A DNA stretch of 64,000 nucleotides, taken from the NCBI RefSeq assembly GCF_037042905.1, contig NC_087253.1:2108001-2172000 (forward strand). Reading direction: 5' to 3'. The notes beneath the pieces are model-generated. The model made no database searches. It saw only the letters and a program-made list of their open reading frames with translations, and had not been told where the DNA came from. A program made the position numbers and the translations under genes. This DNA is from Lytechinus pictus. Lineage: Eukaryota. This document shows, piece by piece, positions 36,467-51,331 of the stretch (its first letter is position 1; each line of letters opens with the position of its first letter).

Positions 36467-37946
36467 TGCAGTGTGTTATATCGACATATTCAATCCCGGC
36501 AAGGAATAGAACTTTGGGACCACGATCCAAAACAGGCCAAAGTATCCAAACATGACATGTAATATTCAAAATTTTGAATGGGTTTTTATACTGGGTTGGT
36601 AAATTAGTTAAGGTGTCTTTCGGCGATGCTGAATAAGAGGCCCATTTTACCCAGTTCCCAGACACCGAAGTGCCTCCAGAATCCCGTGATTATGCTTTTG
36701 TTAACACATCTGTCAAATTTGTTTGCATTGGAAATATGACAATGAAAATCTGACTTAAGATTACAAGAGCAATGAAAGGTGGGGCAATGTTTAGGTGTAT
36801 TTGACCGAAATAAAACACATTCCCTAAAATGGGGTCTCCCATTGCAAAGGCTTGTTGGATTCATGGATCACCAAGCAGTTTCAAACACGAATTTAGCGCT
36901 CGGGTGCAACCCCAAGGTATCGATAAACAGGATGCCATCAAATTTCTCACCGCATTAAGTACCTGGTTGACATAACACAGATAGAGAACGGTTTGTTTGG
37001 GGATCGGTCGTGGAGCCAACGCGAAAATCATTAATGTGGGGCTGGAATGGCTGAGGGCGTGTTTCCAATACCTAGGAAGCTTTAGAAATCAATAGTTTAT
37101 CTTTAAAGGATGCCGCTGGAGAAAAGCACAAGGACATTTTTACTCCACTTTTCTTTTTACTTCCACAAGTCACTTAAGCATGGGCAAAACAATGTAACAT
37201 CTAGCTACTGTACAAACAGAAACCCCCAGAACATAATCCTTGAGCACATTACAAATGGAAGAGGGTAACATTTGAGAGGAAGGGATTTAGATAATGCAAT
37301 GATGCAAATCGATCATTCTAACATGAATGTGCTACTCCTGATTCAAATAGCATGAATATGGTCATAACAAGAATGTCAAATTTCTATCCAATTTTTTTTG
37401 ACGATATCGGTTTCTTTCTTATATATGAATCTTACAACAAATCTATTGAGAATTGTGTACGTATCAGAGTGTTAAATGTGCTGGTAAATTCAGCAAGAAC
37501 TGAATACAGTTTTCAATCAAATTGACTGATTGAATACTTTTATTTTTCAAGTGTGATGATTTGAAACTGCTTGGAGTGTCATCACCACTGTGGTGAACTT
37601 TCACACATCTAAAATATTAAATATTAGGACACTCTCTATAGTATTGATATAAATTGTAAATTATTTGACTGGTAATAACGGTAATTTTTCTTCCATTGGT
37701 TCTTGCATATTACAAAATACATACCTATGTATATATTTTATTTATTAACCGTGCCTTTTACTTCTGGCGTTTAATTACTGATTGCTTTTCATAGCGAGTC
37801 CTTCAATGTTAAATTCTTGATCTAGAAATGCGGTTCACAGAGAGATTCGTAAAGGTAAAGGATGTTAGTAAAGTATAAAACTCACCCATCGCTACAATGA
37901 CAGGTAATAGTTTTGAAGTTTGATAGAGGTCTAATGACAGAAAGTA

Positions 37947-38184
37947 CACTGCAAAAACTTCGGTGTTGATTAACACCAGCCCGGAATCTATATATGTCCA
38001 CACCAGAGAAGTATTGAAACAATGCCAGTTTGGAATCAAACCGATGGTGTTTTAATACTAATTGTTGTATAAACACCGATCTGGTGTTAGACCAAAACGA
38101 AACTGGTGTTGTTTAACACTTCTCTGATGTGGACATATATAGATTCCAGGCTGGTGTTAAATCAACACCGGAGTTTTTGTAGTG
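37947..38184. mobile_element. Palindromic MITE with CACT...AGTG termini and TA TSD
   Basis: TA-CACTGCAAAAACTTCGGTGTTGAT...ATCAACACCGGAGTTTTTGTAGTG-TA. Confidence 0.85.
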
Positions 38185-38479
38185 TATTCGAGATTTGCAT
38201 CAGAGTTGGCACTCAAACACTTTCCATCACACATTACTTTTAACAGTTCGGTACACCTTTGAGAACAGAGACATTGCACTTGATCATGTATGTCTTGTAT
38301 ATCAATTTGTCATTGATCACAATAAGGAACTGATAGGAATTAAATAACTCCGATATGACAATAAGGGCCCTCTTGTTTGAACCAACAAATGTTAAAACAA
38401 TGATAATTGCACTTGTTCAGGGAGGAATAAAACTTTGTTTCATATGACAACGAAGAGAGAATTAGAGTATTTCATATAC

Positions 38480-38690
38480 CATGTAATGAAATACAAAAGA
38501 AATAGTGAGTGGGTGTCATCAGCCCCCTCATTTGTATACCGACATGGATGTCAATATAACTATTAAGTGAAATTAAGCAAAACTTTAAAAATATCGTAGT
38601 TTTCTTATTTTACATTTTGCTTTTGATGATATATTTTTTTCTCTCTTTTTATTCAAACCAAGTTTTTGCTGGGTAGGACTTGTCCTTTCA
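38480..38690. mobile_element. Right-half fragment of Kolobok-like family A
   Basis: ACAAAAGAAATAGTGAGTG...GGACTTGTCCTTT is similar to the right arms of the full copies. Confidence 0.7.
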
Positions 38691-40289
38691 GATGGACATT
38701 CTGCACACAAGTCTCTGCCAGGGTCTTTAGGCTACATATTCACACCATTTTCCTCGGGTGAGTGGTTTGGATAATATTATCGGGATGGATTCCAAACTTT
38801 CGTTGTGGTTGGCTTATAATTAAAGTCACGCGAGTGAGTCGCAAGGCGGCTTACGACTTTGTTGACTTTGTAACGGTCGATACGGATCTATACCTTGAGG
38901 AAACCGCAAGAATGTCAGACACGTCACGCCTCGACAGAAGTCAGGGATAGTCATTGTGATCTAGGAAATTGTAGTTTAAAGAGAGTTATTGATATTTTGT
39001 GCAACCACGAACAAGCAGGTAGGCCTACATGTTGAGACGATGACGGTGGGTTATCTAATAAATGAAGACAAACACCAGTCCATTTTTCATGCAGAACGGA
39101 GCCACGAGTAGGAACCACTTTGTCCCGAAAATCTAGAAAATAAAAACCATCAAGAAATGTTCTGGACACGGTTTTTCATATATACAGTGTATTATAAATC
39201 AAAAGAGTTAGTCGTTGATCTACCTTAGAATGATCCTGGTTGAACAGTATTCATCAAAAGGGGTAAATCAAAAATTGTACATGCAAGCAGGTGTATCTTA
39301 ACTAATTCTTGGAATAGGAGAAGTTTATTCCAGGAACAAGAGAACTTCCAAGGAGCTTCAAACTCCTTGGAACTATATAGAACGATATTTCACTCATGTT
39401 TAAAATTGATATTTTACTAAATACACTCTTACTCTTAACAATGCGAACTTAATCAGGACCGGCGGGTATACCCGTATACGTAGGATAGCAGGACGCGCTA
39501 CAGTGTAAACAGTGAGTAAGTGGCGTCGCCATCCTCATTTGTTATGTAAACTCCGGTCAAACATTTAAATCGATTTTCATGTAGTCCCCTTTAATGGCGT
39601 CCTTCCCATCTCACAATAAGCACATAATCCCATTTTCACAATCATGACAATAGTGTGTGTAAATAATCACGCTTCATAGACAATTACGGAAGCCAGGGCG
39701 TATCAAGCTTCTTCGTCAAGAGAATGATCGTGTAAATAATCAAATTCATGATGGCAGCACTACTAATAAATTCCAAATTCAACTAGAATTCGCATGAAAT
39801 TATAATCGACAAACACATTTAAAATGATACTACAGACATATTATGCATAACTCACTCGCGTCAAAGTGTGGTCTTCAAATCAAGACAAAACGTTACAAAT
39901 CGAAACGTGTTGTCTATAATGCGCATCTTCGAAATAGTTGCAGGAGCAAAAGTAGCAGCAGGAAAGTGATATCTGGCGCCCTCTATTAGCCATACTTCTC
40001 GTAATCGCGATGCTTTTCTCACCAAACAGGTGGGTGTTTCATCAAAATTTCATGAACATTAATTTTGTGAAATTACAAGTTGTCAGCTCTGCCAAGTTTT
40101 TTTCAGGTTGTTACCATGGTAATTGTCAGATATAACAGACTTTGTCGGATGACACATTCGACGAGTCCTTCAGATTGTACACCTTGAAAGCATGACAATG
40201 GACATTTTCAAGGTGAACTAAAGTTCTCAACAATGAGTGTTCGTCGCCGTCGTCATCATCAGGTTGATCTTAAAAAAACGGGTAATTCC

Positions 40290-41136
40290 CTTAACCGAAT
40301 GCTATCAAGCAGGTACGGAAGAAAGTCACCGCTTTGCACCGAGTCCTGAATTTCCGGACTGCGTCAACCTGAAGTGTCACGAGGCTTGGATGTGATCATG
40401 ATGAACTTCATGATAACGATGGTGTTTGTAGGGCAACTGTCACACCAACGTAACTAGGGTGTATTCCCTCCTTGACGCACGACGGGCTCAAGAAATGCCC
40501 GTCACATTACAAAGAACAGCGGGCAGGTCTTTGTCGAAAATGTGTGAACCAGGACAGCAGATTCGTCCCAAGTTTCAAGGCTGGCGAAAACATGCAAAAA
40601 TGTAGTTTGTCGAGAGCCGAGGTCTCGATGACGAAACTGCATGATGATTTGAATCACCAAAGGGCATTTGACAATGGGTCTATATTTGGATTTTTTCCTA
40701 AAGACGTCGTGCGTCGTGTGGTGAAAACTCTTCAATGACTCCAAACTGACCGATTGTAAAGCATGCAGGTAAACAAAAAGGATGGGTAAAGCAAGGAACA
40801 CTGTGAAAAAACTCTATATTGGGACTTGGGAACGATTTTTTTGACTGGGGGTGCTGATACCAATTTGACAAGCGAAACAAAACAAATTCAGGTCATTTTT
40901 GTTACACTTCTCCATAAATGGGGTGCTGCCTATGGAAAATCATACACGAAGCTCCCCCGTTTCCCAGGGCCATGTGGTATAATTGTAGTAGGTCCATAAC
41001 AGGGGAAATAACGCAATAGCTTTGGTGGGTCTGGGGTCAAACTAGCTGATGTGACTGTGGCAAATCATGATGAATGTCATGGTCACGATGGTGTTGTACA
41101 ACATGGCTGGTTGCATTCTGGTGACAGATTCACCAG
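40290..41136 (+). pseudogene. Possible decayed Cys-rich (TNFR-repeat-like) coding remnant
   Basis: Frameshifted pieces CPSHYKEQRAGLCRKC/EPGQ, TDCKAC|gtaaac, CDHDELHDNDGVC and NHDECHGHDGV. Donors at 40769 and 41137 (CAG|GTGAGT). Multiple stops. Confidence 0.3.
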
Positions 41137-42794
41137 GTGAGTGCCGCATCAACACTCGTTGAAGGACTTCCTCTCCATATTACAAACATTGTGTCATGAA
41201 ACTACAATGAGTTCGCCGACATACCACCCTGGCCAGAGAGACATGTAGGCCTACTTAGGTCATAATAATTTGAATTTATTTATATAGGGGAGTAGGCTTA
41301 CTTTATACACCTACAAATCAAACTAATATTCAACAATGTTCATTACCCTTTTAACTAAAGGGGATTAGATGGACGCTTTGTTGTGTTGTATATAAACACG
41401 ACATAGTGTCCATCGAATTTCCTTTAGTATTTGACTGATTGTTACTATTCACATGCTATATCCATGACAATATGGAAATATTGTACAAAATGTGTGCTGG
41501 TTAGCTTCATTTGCTTGTATTTATCTCTCGTGAGTTACGGCTATTTATCAAACTCTGCCAATTCCTTTTTGAGGCATCTCATCTCATTAATTGTTGACCA
41601 AATTATTCCTCCATATCTGCATCATGTTCGGTGTTACCCGGGACGGAGTTCTGATGCGTACGAGATACAGGCCTATACATTCAAGGACGACGTAAAGAAG
41701 TTAAACAAGATAATATTGATTAGTTAGATTGATATAATGAATGTGGCCTTCGCGAAGGTATGGCGTGAACATAAATCACTTAAAGACAATGAATGCAAGA
41801 TTAGTCACTTTTCAAAATCAATTTATGCTGGCGCCACAAGCTGATACAATTTATTTTTCAACAAGTTGATAATATCGTTTATCTAAACTTGCACACACTG
41901 ATATCAATAATGCCTGTATCATTTTCATATATTGGACGCAAGATAAAAGAGAAAGAGTTATTCTTTATAAATACCACTGCTAATCGATCTCCAATGTATC
42001 TGATTCCTTCACATACAAGCCTTGTGCGACCGTCACACGAAGCCATCACCAAACCGACCGATAAATACCATGGACCTACTACACACCATAGCCGTTTTGA
42101 TGGGTCCGCAATCGGGTTTGGCGGTGTGACAGTTCACTGTTAGAGAAGGCTCCCTTTTCAAAACGATCATCCTATTCAGGAAATCTAGGATTCAACGTAA
42201 TATATGCACATTCTCCACACCGTGGGCATGAATGAGACCAATATGGGAATTTTGTGACGCACGAACTTACTGGAAATATCATCCAATGACCCCACACCCG
42301 GATGCCTCCTGAACTTCGGGGTTGCCACTTGCGCTTGCCAGACGTGACCTGATAACTTGTAGTACATTTTGTACAGAGAACGTTTGAAACTATCCTCGTA
42401 TTACAGCAATAAATTATCTCTAACCACATGAAATGGCTTGTTCGTATTGTTGACTAGAGAGGTATATGCTTTTACCCGATTACTAACAAAATCATAAATA
42501 ACAAGAAATTACTTATGGATTACAAGGATTGACTTGGTTTCAAATACAGGGCAACCAACTTAGCAGATGTGTTTCTAACCAAAACAATGCAAATAACTGA
42601 AATAGATCAATACATGAATAAATAAAAGAAGGTGGATAAATGAAAAAGAAAAGCACACGCATGAACACAAAATAATATGTGTCTCTTACTATATCTATAT
42701 ATTAGGGTGTGAATTGACTCCTTACTCATTTTTTTTAAACAAGTGCACACATAGTTACCAATAATGCATATAGCATATCCAATTATTTGAAAGC

Positions 42795-42918
42795 AGGATA
42801 AAAAGCGCATTGTAGATTGATTGCCTTGCTCACGGGCATAGGTGCCGCGGCCGGAGATCGAACCCCGGACTTTCCATGTGTAGCCAGGCGCCTGAGACCA
42901 CTCGGCCACGGCACCTCC
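42795..42918 (-). mobile_element. tRNA-derived SINE (head and body)
   Basis: Minus strand GGAGGTGCCGTGGCCGAGTGG (A-box) ... GGGGTTCGATCTCC (B-box), continuing into non-tRNA body GCCCGTGAGCAAGGCA. Confidence 0.8.
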
Positions 42919-45900
42919 ACTCATGTTTTAATTCACACGATACGGTTCAAACCTCCTAAGCGGGCTTCTAAGCCAGAACGACAGAGCACGTGGAACAAAT
43001 CTGTGTTTCTTGGACCCTAGGAATCTCCAAATGTTGGAGGGGTCAGCTAAGAGAGAGATACCCGATGTTTAACTTCACTTCAATGAGTATACCCGCCAGG
43101 TTTATAATACCACTTTGAGATGTCATTTCGAAATTGGTCCTCTGAATATCCAAACGTCTTTATGATGAGGTCGAACTCAGAAACCACTGGCTTAGCAAGT
43201 AATACCAAACATTTCAGGAAAGGTGAATAGAAGTCGACAAGAAAGGCAGAATCGACACTGGTAGACTTGACCGAGCATCACGTGTACGCATGATGCTGAT
43301 GGAAACATGATTGCGGTAAAGAGAACGTCGGGGGAACGAACGTGAGGAACTGAAAAAAAAAGATGCAGGGGGCGGGGGGGGGGGGGGAGGGTGAGGTGGA
43401 AGATGAGTTGGGGATCGAGGCCGGGAGAAAAATGAGAATGGAGAGGAGATGGGATGGAGAGGAGCCGGGAGAGGAGATGAGAGGGATATTTTCATTCCGA
43501 ATAGTGAAATACACTACGAATAATTCCTAGAACAATACTCACTCATGAACTTCTCTTCTCTTGAAATTACCAATATCTCCTGACTATTGCAACATCCTTC
43601 ATCTATCAGATCGCTTTTGGAGTATAAATAAAATCAAAAGGCATGTGTGTGTCGGATCATTCAGATGAAATTAAAGACTTTTTTCTTCATATGCGACGTT
43701 ATATTCCTGTAAAATAAATCCAAAAGTGCACAATCTGGCAAGAGAGAATGTACCATTTGTTGTAGAACAGAAATTGAAGTAAGTCAGCTGAGTTGCGAGA
43801 GCCTGAAACCGAAGTGTGTGGATCTCGACGAAGTGAATTCCAATACTGAGCTGACTCGCACAATACTCCGTCTACACATGCTATGTCACTACGCGACAAC
43901 CGTGTCGATTGCAGACGATGGATTTACCTCGCTAGAGTTCCCCCAGGCCCTTTGTGTGGGAAACCATACAACAATCCACGGCGGGTGTGTGGCACCTCAA
44001 AGCGGTGCGACTGGGTGATTAAGCCTATGGAGTGTCACCTGTCAAAAGCTATGTAAGCCTCGTTGTGACTGTTTGACTGGCTTTGCGAACAATAGACAGC
44101 AAATCTCGTAATCGATGAACGTCTATTCGGCAAGTGCGAACTTTCAAAAGGCTAGCTCTAAAGTTATGCCACTCGCTAGCAGGAAAGCTTTTGAAAGTCT
44201 TACGCGAAATTCGCGAGAACTAGTTTCTCTGTTTAGTTAATCTCGGCAAAAGAAAAGGCGATACCAGGTAGGCCAAACCCGATAGCACAGGGGGTAAATC
44301 ACCTATTGTCTACCACCATCTCCCACGAAATTGAATAAAAGGGACATGGGAGAGGCTGTAATGATTCGGCGTTAAATTAAGTAATTGGAACATAATAATA
44401 ATAATTTGATCACTGTGCTCCAAAATGGGTTAGACCAACCGTTCATTCTGATATTCGAAATCATTCATCCATAACTGTTAATATCGATTTATGATCCGTG
44501 ATATTCATACATTTTCAATGATCAGATAGCATGTTGAAGGGGGAGGGGTGTTAAATTAAGCAGTTGAAATACAGTGATTTGCGTATGGTGCACTACAATC
44601 GTTCTTTCTCATATTCGAGATCATTCACACATTTTGATGCTTCTTGAATTATATAGGCCTACTCTGTCATTTTTAATTAACCAGATGACATTTTGAAGGG
44701 GGGGGGGGGGTGTAATCAAGAATGGCAATATACCCGTGATCGTCGGATACTAGATAAGAGTTACATGGACATCGTAATGTCTCAGTGTGAATACAGCAAT
44801 GTAATCTAGACATGGCATATTCAACCGCAGTCAGTAAAAACAAAAGTATCCATCATGAGCTTACACAGATGCTACTCTGTCTAATCATGAAAATACTATG
44901 ATTTGTATGTTTAATTTTGTTATCTAATCAATGAAAAACGGAAAAAAGTATCCATCACTTGTTTTCGTTGTTCATTCATAATTTGAATTATACTCGTTAA
45001 CATTAATTTTCCAAGAACACCCTCGCAGAGAAACTTGTAAAACTGTCATGTTACATAACACACTTTGAACTGTGGACAGTATCTAAAGTGATTTATCCGA
45101 GTCGTTCCCCGCTAGAACCTTGTTTCATGTGTATTGGCTAATTGACAAAAGAAACCTCAAAGCTTCTTTTCTCCTGAAAGCCAGAGGAACTGGAATACTT
45201 GAATGTAATGACTTGATTGCTCGGCAAATACTTCACGAATAAGCCTTCGGAAGTCAAGACTAAAAAATACAGAGGAATGTACCCAACCATTAGAATCATC
45301 TAGGTATACAAGTGCCATTGTCTGTGTATCCAGGTTATCTCAAGGGTGTCTAACAATAGGCACGCAGTATGCCCTTGAGGTTTCATATTAGGTTCAGAGA
45401 AAGCCATTGCCTGGATACTCTTGAACTTAAATCCACATAGATGGAAGCCCCTGGAGAACGTTTCATGAAACAATGATTTTTCAATGGCAAGTCATAAGCT
45501 ACTGAAATCGCCGCATCTGATTGGCTCAGAAGAAATTAGTCGATGAAAATAACAAGACAATTTGCTTCATGAAACACACCTATGATAAAGGTCATTTTCC
45601 TTTGAAAGCTGAAGAGCCAGTCCAGCATCACCCGACTTAACATTTACATGGAACCACAATTGAGCCAGAATTTGGCATCGGATGTTAAAGTAGTTCTCTA
45701 ATTAACGCTATAGAAAACGTTAAATCCACAGAGGTTGTGATGAAATTGATGACTGATAAGGACAGTTTTGCCCTCGCATTTTTGCTCATCCAAAGTAAAA
45801 ATAACCCAACAACAACAAAATTACACAGGCGTGGCAATAGACAGGGTAGAAGGGCTTACTTCTATCATCAATTCATCCACTTGATTAAATTCTGCTCCGC

Positions 45901-48520
45901 TTTATAATCACATCCTATCACATTTGACATGTGGAGAAAGCAATGTATAAATATTTTTAAACAGAAGAACTTTATTTAAGGCCATCTTTCATTAACTTCC
46001 GGCGCTAATTGAGAGCTTTGTAAAATCTTATAAACTTGCGACAATTGAAAGATTAAATGTTTGAACAATATATATTATTATGAATAGGTGTAGTTAAAAG
46101 AAACTCAAATTTACTGGCTAAGTAAATGAGTGGAGCATTAACGAGTTTACCAGTTTACTACAATGTTTGTTATCGTCTTTTAACTTCAGAGTAAGAAGGG
46201 AAAGAAGAAGAAGAAGAATACAAATCTTACTAACGTTTGTCCCTTCAGACATCATAAATGAATGGATATTGATTGAATAATATCTCCTATTGAACGGGAT
46301 AATAGATATAATTAGCTGCATTCTCCATTTCTAACATGTCTTATGTAAGAAAAATAGGTCATTTATCAGAGTCACCTTCTCTAATCGCATTGCGATTAGT
46401 TTTCTTTTATTGAAAAGGCAGTAGCGGCAACAGGGGAGGGGGGCACGGGGCATTTGCCCACTGTCAGGATCGTTGCCCCCCACTCCCCCCGAAATTTTTT
46501 AGAAAAAAAAATGTATAATGAATGTTGTAATGGTTATAGGCATTAGGCACAACATGAAAGGGGTGGGAAGCAACGTTCGCCCAGATTTGTTGGGTACGGA
46601 ATAGTTGACATGGTTGATGGCGCTGTAAGATGATACCCAAGGCCATGATCATGACGTTTGCCCGAAAAATGAAGCTCGCTCCATCGAATTCCCTTTTTTG
46701 CCTTTCCGCCATCATATGAAGATAATCGTTCGTAGTATCTTTACAAAAATGAAATACATTTGGAATATGGGCACAATACTGCCTCAGCTCTCCTGTCTTC
46801 ATGGTCTTGGGGGAGGGGGGGGGGTATATCTGGTCTTGGTGGTAGTTTTACTCATAAATTAAGGATGAATGCCCTACAAAATAACAATAACAAATGTTTT
46901 AAGGGACGTTGTATAACCTGGCAAACCGTATGGTTGTGTGCTTTTACTGTAAATGCATTACAATACAGATTAGGACACCATTTAATGGAAGGCGAAAGAA
47001 GAGGATTAGATAAATCTGTAAAAGACTGATATAATAATAGCTTAATTAGACTATAGCTTTTTGCTGAAGCGTGAACACGATCTTTTAGAAATAAAGCAAC
47101 TTCCGATATTCTAAATCCTTTCACTCAGAGCTGATTTTGTCAATTAAGATTATGCTATTGGCTGATTTTAAAAAGCAAAGGTTGAACGAAGGAGGCCACA
47201 GAATGAAAAAGACGTGCTTAAAAAGCATCTAAGTAAATCTTTTCATGTTTTTAATAAGATCCGACACAATCCAAACTGACAGGCACGTTTGGACGCATCA
47301 GTATAACAACAACAAAAAATCGATGTTGGTAAAATGTTGCTCTGTTATCAAGTTTATAAATAAGAGGCCTTTGTTGAAGCTGATACAGATTAGAATATAA
47401 TGATTGTTGCGATCGGACCCATTGATCCTGATTAGGTATAAACACAGTGGGGTGCAAGGGGGCAGGGCCCCGGGAACGACTTTAAAACGGATTTCACTAC
47501 GAAATGAAGGCCATTTTGGTCCCTGGAAATTAGACAAGCAATACAAAAGTTCTGTATAAAAATTGAAATTTTGTTATATTTCTCCATTTTGTCACACCTA
47601 CCAGAATTCCAGGGGGTGCTGCCAAAAATGGGGGTGTTCCAGCATCCTCACTTCCTAGAGACATGGCCATGATGGTTGGGGGTGGGTAAGTAGCATGTAT
47701 ACCCCCAGTCCAAAACTGACAATGCGCCTGTCATTAATGTGGGGACTGCCTACAATTTTTGAGTGAAACCTTTCAATTTGTAACTGAGCTTTGTTTATGA
47801 GATGAATCCAGGCTTTCCATAAAAATATCTTCACACTGTTGAATTCGAGCATTTTAACAGTGTGAATAATATGTTCACATAGTCCACTATGTGAACACAC
47901 TGTGATCACACTGTGTGACACTGTGTTCTTACTAGCAGAGTAATGTTGACGCAACACCTTGTGACTTCTACTCATCACCAATCAATATCCGTTTATCAAC
48001 ATCTATAATTAGCTCTTATAGATCGCTTTATCATAATAGATGATGTTACAAGAACATCCCCGAAGAACTTGTATCGATTTTAGCGTCTAGGAAATGAATA
48101 CACACACCCGTTTGTTATCCTTTGTCGGCTATAACTTAGGAGGAGGAGGGGGGGGGGGGGAGCGAAACATTTTGAAAGGAAAGTGAAAATGTCAACAGAG
48201 ATTTTAACAGTCGTCAGATAGCTCACACAAATAAAGTCAACGAAATGAAACAGTGATATATCTAAAAGAAAACCGTTCTTTTGACCATTGAAAATTTGAA
48301 ACGATCAATCATCATTGATTGGCATCAAAGCTTCCAAAAGTCAGATGCCATACATGAGAAGAAAAAACAAAAAAAAACAAATTAGCACTTTCGACATGAA
48401 CATGTAATAAAAACACGGTATACACAGACTGAAATATTGAATTTTGTCAACAATCAAATTGACAGATTACACATACTCTACTCCAACAGCAGGTGTACAG
48501 ATGCGGATAAAAATCGTGAA

Positions 48521-49115
48521 ATGGATGGTCCAGGCTGGATATGTTTATATCAAAATAAATAAGGTAAAATTCACAGAGCAAAATGCTGAAAATTTGATCA
48601 AAATTGGATAACAAATAACGAAGTTATTGAATTTTAAAGATTTGCATTATTCCAATGAAACAGTTCTAAGCATGTCTTCATGAATATTCATTAGGTGGGC
48701 TGATGATGTTATATCCCCACTTTTTCTTTTGTATTTTATTATAGTTTATCAAAAAATCTTTTACCAAAAAACTAAAACAATTGGGTTGACAACTGATTAA
48801 GTGCATTAGTTATTTATTTGCCGCAACTTATTTCATCATGATGGAGACACATCATTTACACATGTATGAACAAATGAAATAATTATGATTTCATATAATA
48901 ACACAAGAAAAAGAAAAGTGGGGATATGACATCCTCAGCCCACCTAACATGCCTAATTAATATTCATGGCGATGGGCATATAACTGTTTTCACAAAATAT
49001 TGCTAAACTTTAAAATTCAATAACTTCGTTATTTGTTATCCTACATGTCCTATTTTGATGAAATTTTCAGCATTTTGCTTTGTGAATTTTACTCTATTTG
49101 TTTAGATCCAAATCT
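48521..49115. mobile_element. Kolobok-like MITE, family B
   Basis: Left end GGATGGTCCAGGCTG with long inverted arms. The right terminus is degraded. Confidence 0.8.
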
Positions 49116-50319
49116 CAATTCGCTCCTTTTTCCATTCACTACTATCCTTAAAATAATTGACATACTGATATTTTTTGAATTATCATCACTTATACCATTT
49201 CCCGCAATTATTTCGGTCTCCGCCTGATACATTTTCGTTGATCTATGTATGCAAGATAATGATGCGATACAAGGAATTGAGTGAGAGAGATATGAGGATG
49301 CAGATTGACGTGTCTGATTCTGAAATGGGAGGGGGGTGATTCATGGGGGCGGTCATGGGCTGCAGAACATGAGCGGCACCCATCCGTAAACCACTGCTTC
49401 CGACAAAGTGACCCTTGACGGTTCTGCCGTTCATTTAACAGAATAATTAATAGGATTTATCGATTTTTGCCGTCTCTTAAAGGCTCTCTTATCAATACAA
49501 TTTCGCTTCATCAAATAAAGGGCGTGTTAATTAGATCTTCAACATAAAACGATGACTTTTCTAAATGACAGCTTGAGTGTTTCGATACAATCATGATGAT
49601 CCCGTGATATTCCCTAATCTACCATCGACAATAAACGAGTTCGAATGATGAACGTTTGACTGCATGATAAAAACATCACCTCTCGTACCATGGAGATGCT
49701 AATGCGATAAGAATATGAAATCTATAGAAAATGAAAGTGGTGGATAAACAGTTACAAAAATTTCCTCCATAACTTGATTTTTTTTCCTTATCAGGATGTG
49801 GGAAGCATACCCGAAAAACGCCGGATTTCCAGAAAATAAACAGTTTGTGACACGGTGAGAATGGAAGACATATGTTTTGCATTCCACAGGGATTTCCTAC
49901 AGATGATAGAGATCTGTGATATATTGCTTGTAAGAGTCACAGGCAAGGATGGTGTCATCCTCTCAAGAAGGGGTTAGGGCGGGGGCGTTCGCCCTATGAT
50001 TTTTCGATTACAACTCGGAGTAGTAAAAATGACGAAAGAAGAAGAAAATATCAAAGGCACTTTTAGCCAGAGCAATGTTATACAGAACAATGTTTTCCCG
50101 ACTTTTTGCCGGGAACGCCGCTTTTAGCAACACCCATATCAAATGCATAGGTTAACATAAATTTGATAATATAAAATCTGAGCTGCAAGGTCTCGAATTT
50201 AACGTGTGTCCGTGATAAAATTAAAGCTCTAAACGCAATCGCGTCCGAAAAGTATTACTTGGTGCTTCAAAAAGTGAAATACTAAGTGACCTAAAAAACA
50301 CCATCTTAATTTCATCATC

Positions 50320-51331
50320 TCTGCAAACTGTTGTCAAAAAATACCGGTGTTATATACAAGTTGAGATCAGTTTTTCCTAAAGAAATTTTATTTATATTAT
50401 ATTCCTCATTAATTGTTCCTTACTTAAACTACGGTGTGCTTGCCTGGGGCAACTCACTTAAAACGCAATTGCAAAAATTATTCATTGTTCAGAAGAGAGC
50501 TATTAGAAGTATATGTAATGTCAGTTATCGTGCCCATACAAATGTTTTATTTCATGACAATCACTTATTGAAAGTGGAAGATATTTACTTTATGCAGCTA
50601 GGATCTCTTATGTATGATTTTGATTCAGGAAGTCTCCCTTCAGCCCTGGCACTGATATTTAAGAAAAATAGTCAAGTACACAATTACAATACTAGACAAT
50701 CTTCCACTCTCCATATATCTCGTGCAAGAACAAAGTTCACTTTGGGCACTCTAGTTTGCACTGGACCCAGGTTTTGGAATGCACTTGGCCCTGACATTAC
50801 ACATGCTGTCAGTTCTACAGTGTTTAAACGAAAATTGAAATCTTATTTACTGAGTAACTATGGAAGTGATTCGTAAAGCCTATTTTTCGTGTGTTATTTA
50901 TCAGTTAATGCTAAATTATCAATACTTAACATCCCCCCCTTTCCCGGGCCTGGCTGGTCTCTGTCCTCATGTCCCCTTTTTTGTCCCTTTTGTACATAAA
51001 TGTGTCCCTCTTCTCTCCCCTCCTCTCTCTTTAGTTATCATATTATATTATATTGCCATTTCTTTGTTGTTTATCCAATGTTCTTTGAATTCGTAATGAG
51101 GAACCTTAATTTACAAGCATTGCTTCACTTAGGTCTCCTCGTCTTCCTTTAAAATTATTTCTTTTCTGTCTTAAGCTGTATAATGTATTTAAAAACAATG
51201 TTTTCTGCATACTCTGTTTTATATATACCTGTTTTATCATGTACTCTGCTCATTGTTTCATACACACTTATATGTTTGTCATGTATTCAAACTCAAAGTT
51301 GGAAGACAAATAAAATGAACTTATGAACTTT
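50320..51331 (+). mobile_element. 5'-truncated LINE retrotransposon (ORF2 region C-terminal to the RT domain, plus 3' UTR)
   Basis: ORF 50331-50876 (LYSSLIVPYLNYGVLAWG...QKRAIR...HNYNTR...GPRFWNAL...FKRKLK) is typical of CR1/L2-group ORF2 ends. AATAAA and (TGAACTT) tail near 51310-51331. Confidence 0.9.

Noticed and set aside
41090-41150. Minus-strand CGTHLVNL..C..CC resembling an insulin B chain
   Set aside because: Cys spacing is off by one, flanked by in-frame stops, no signal peptide or proper A chain; likely chance.
42840-42918. tRNA gene
   Set aside because: A and B boxes are present, but the anticodon arm is broken and the sequence continues into a SINE body repeated at 10700.
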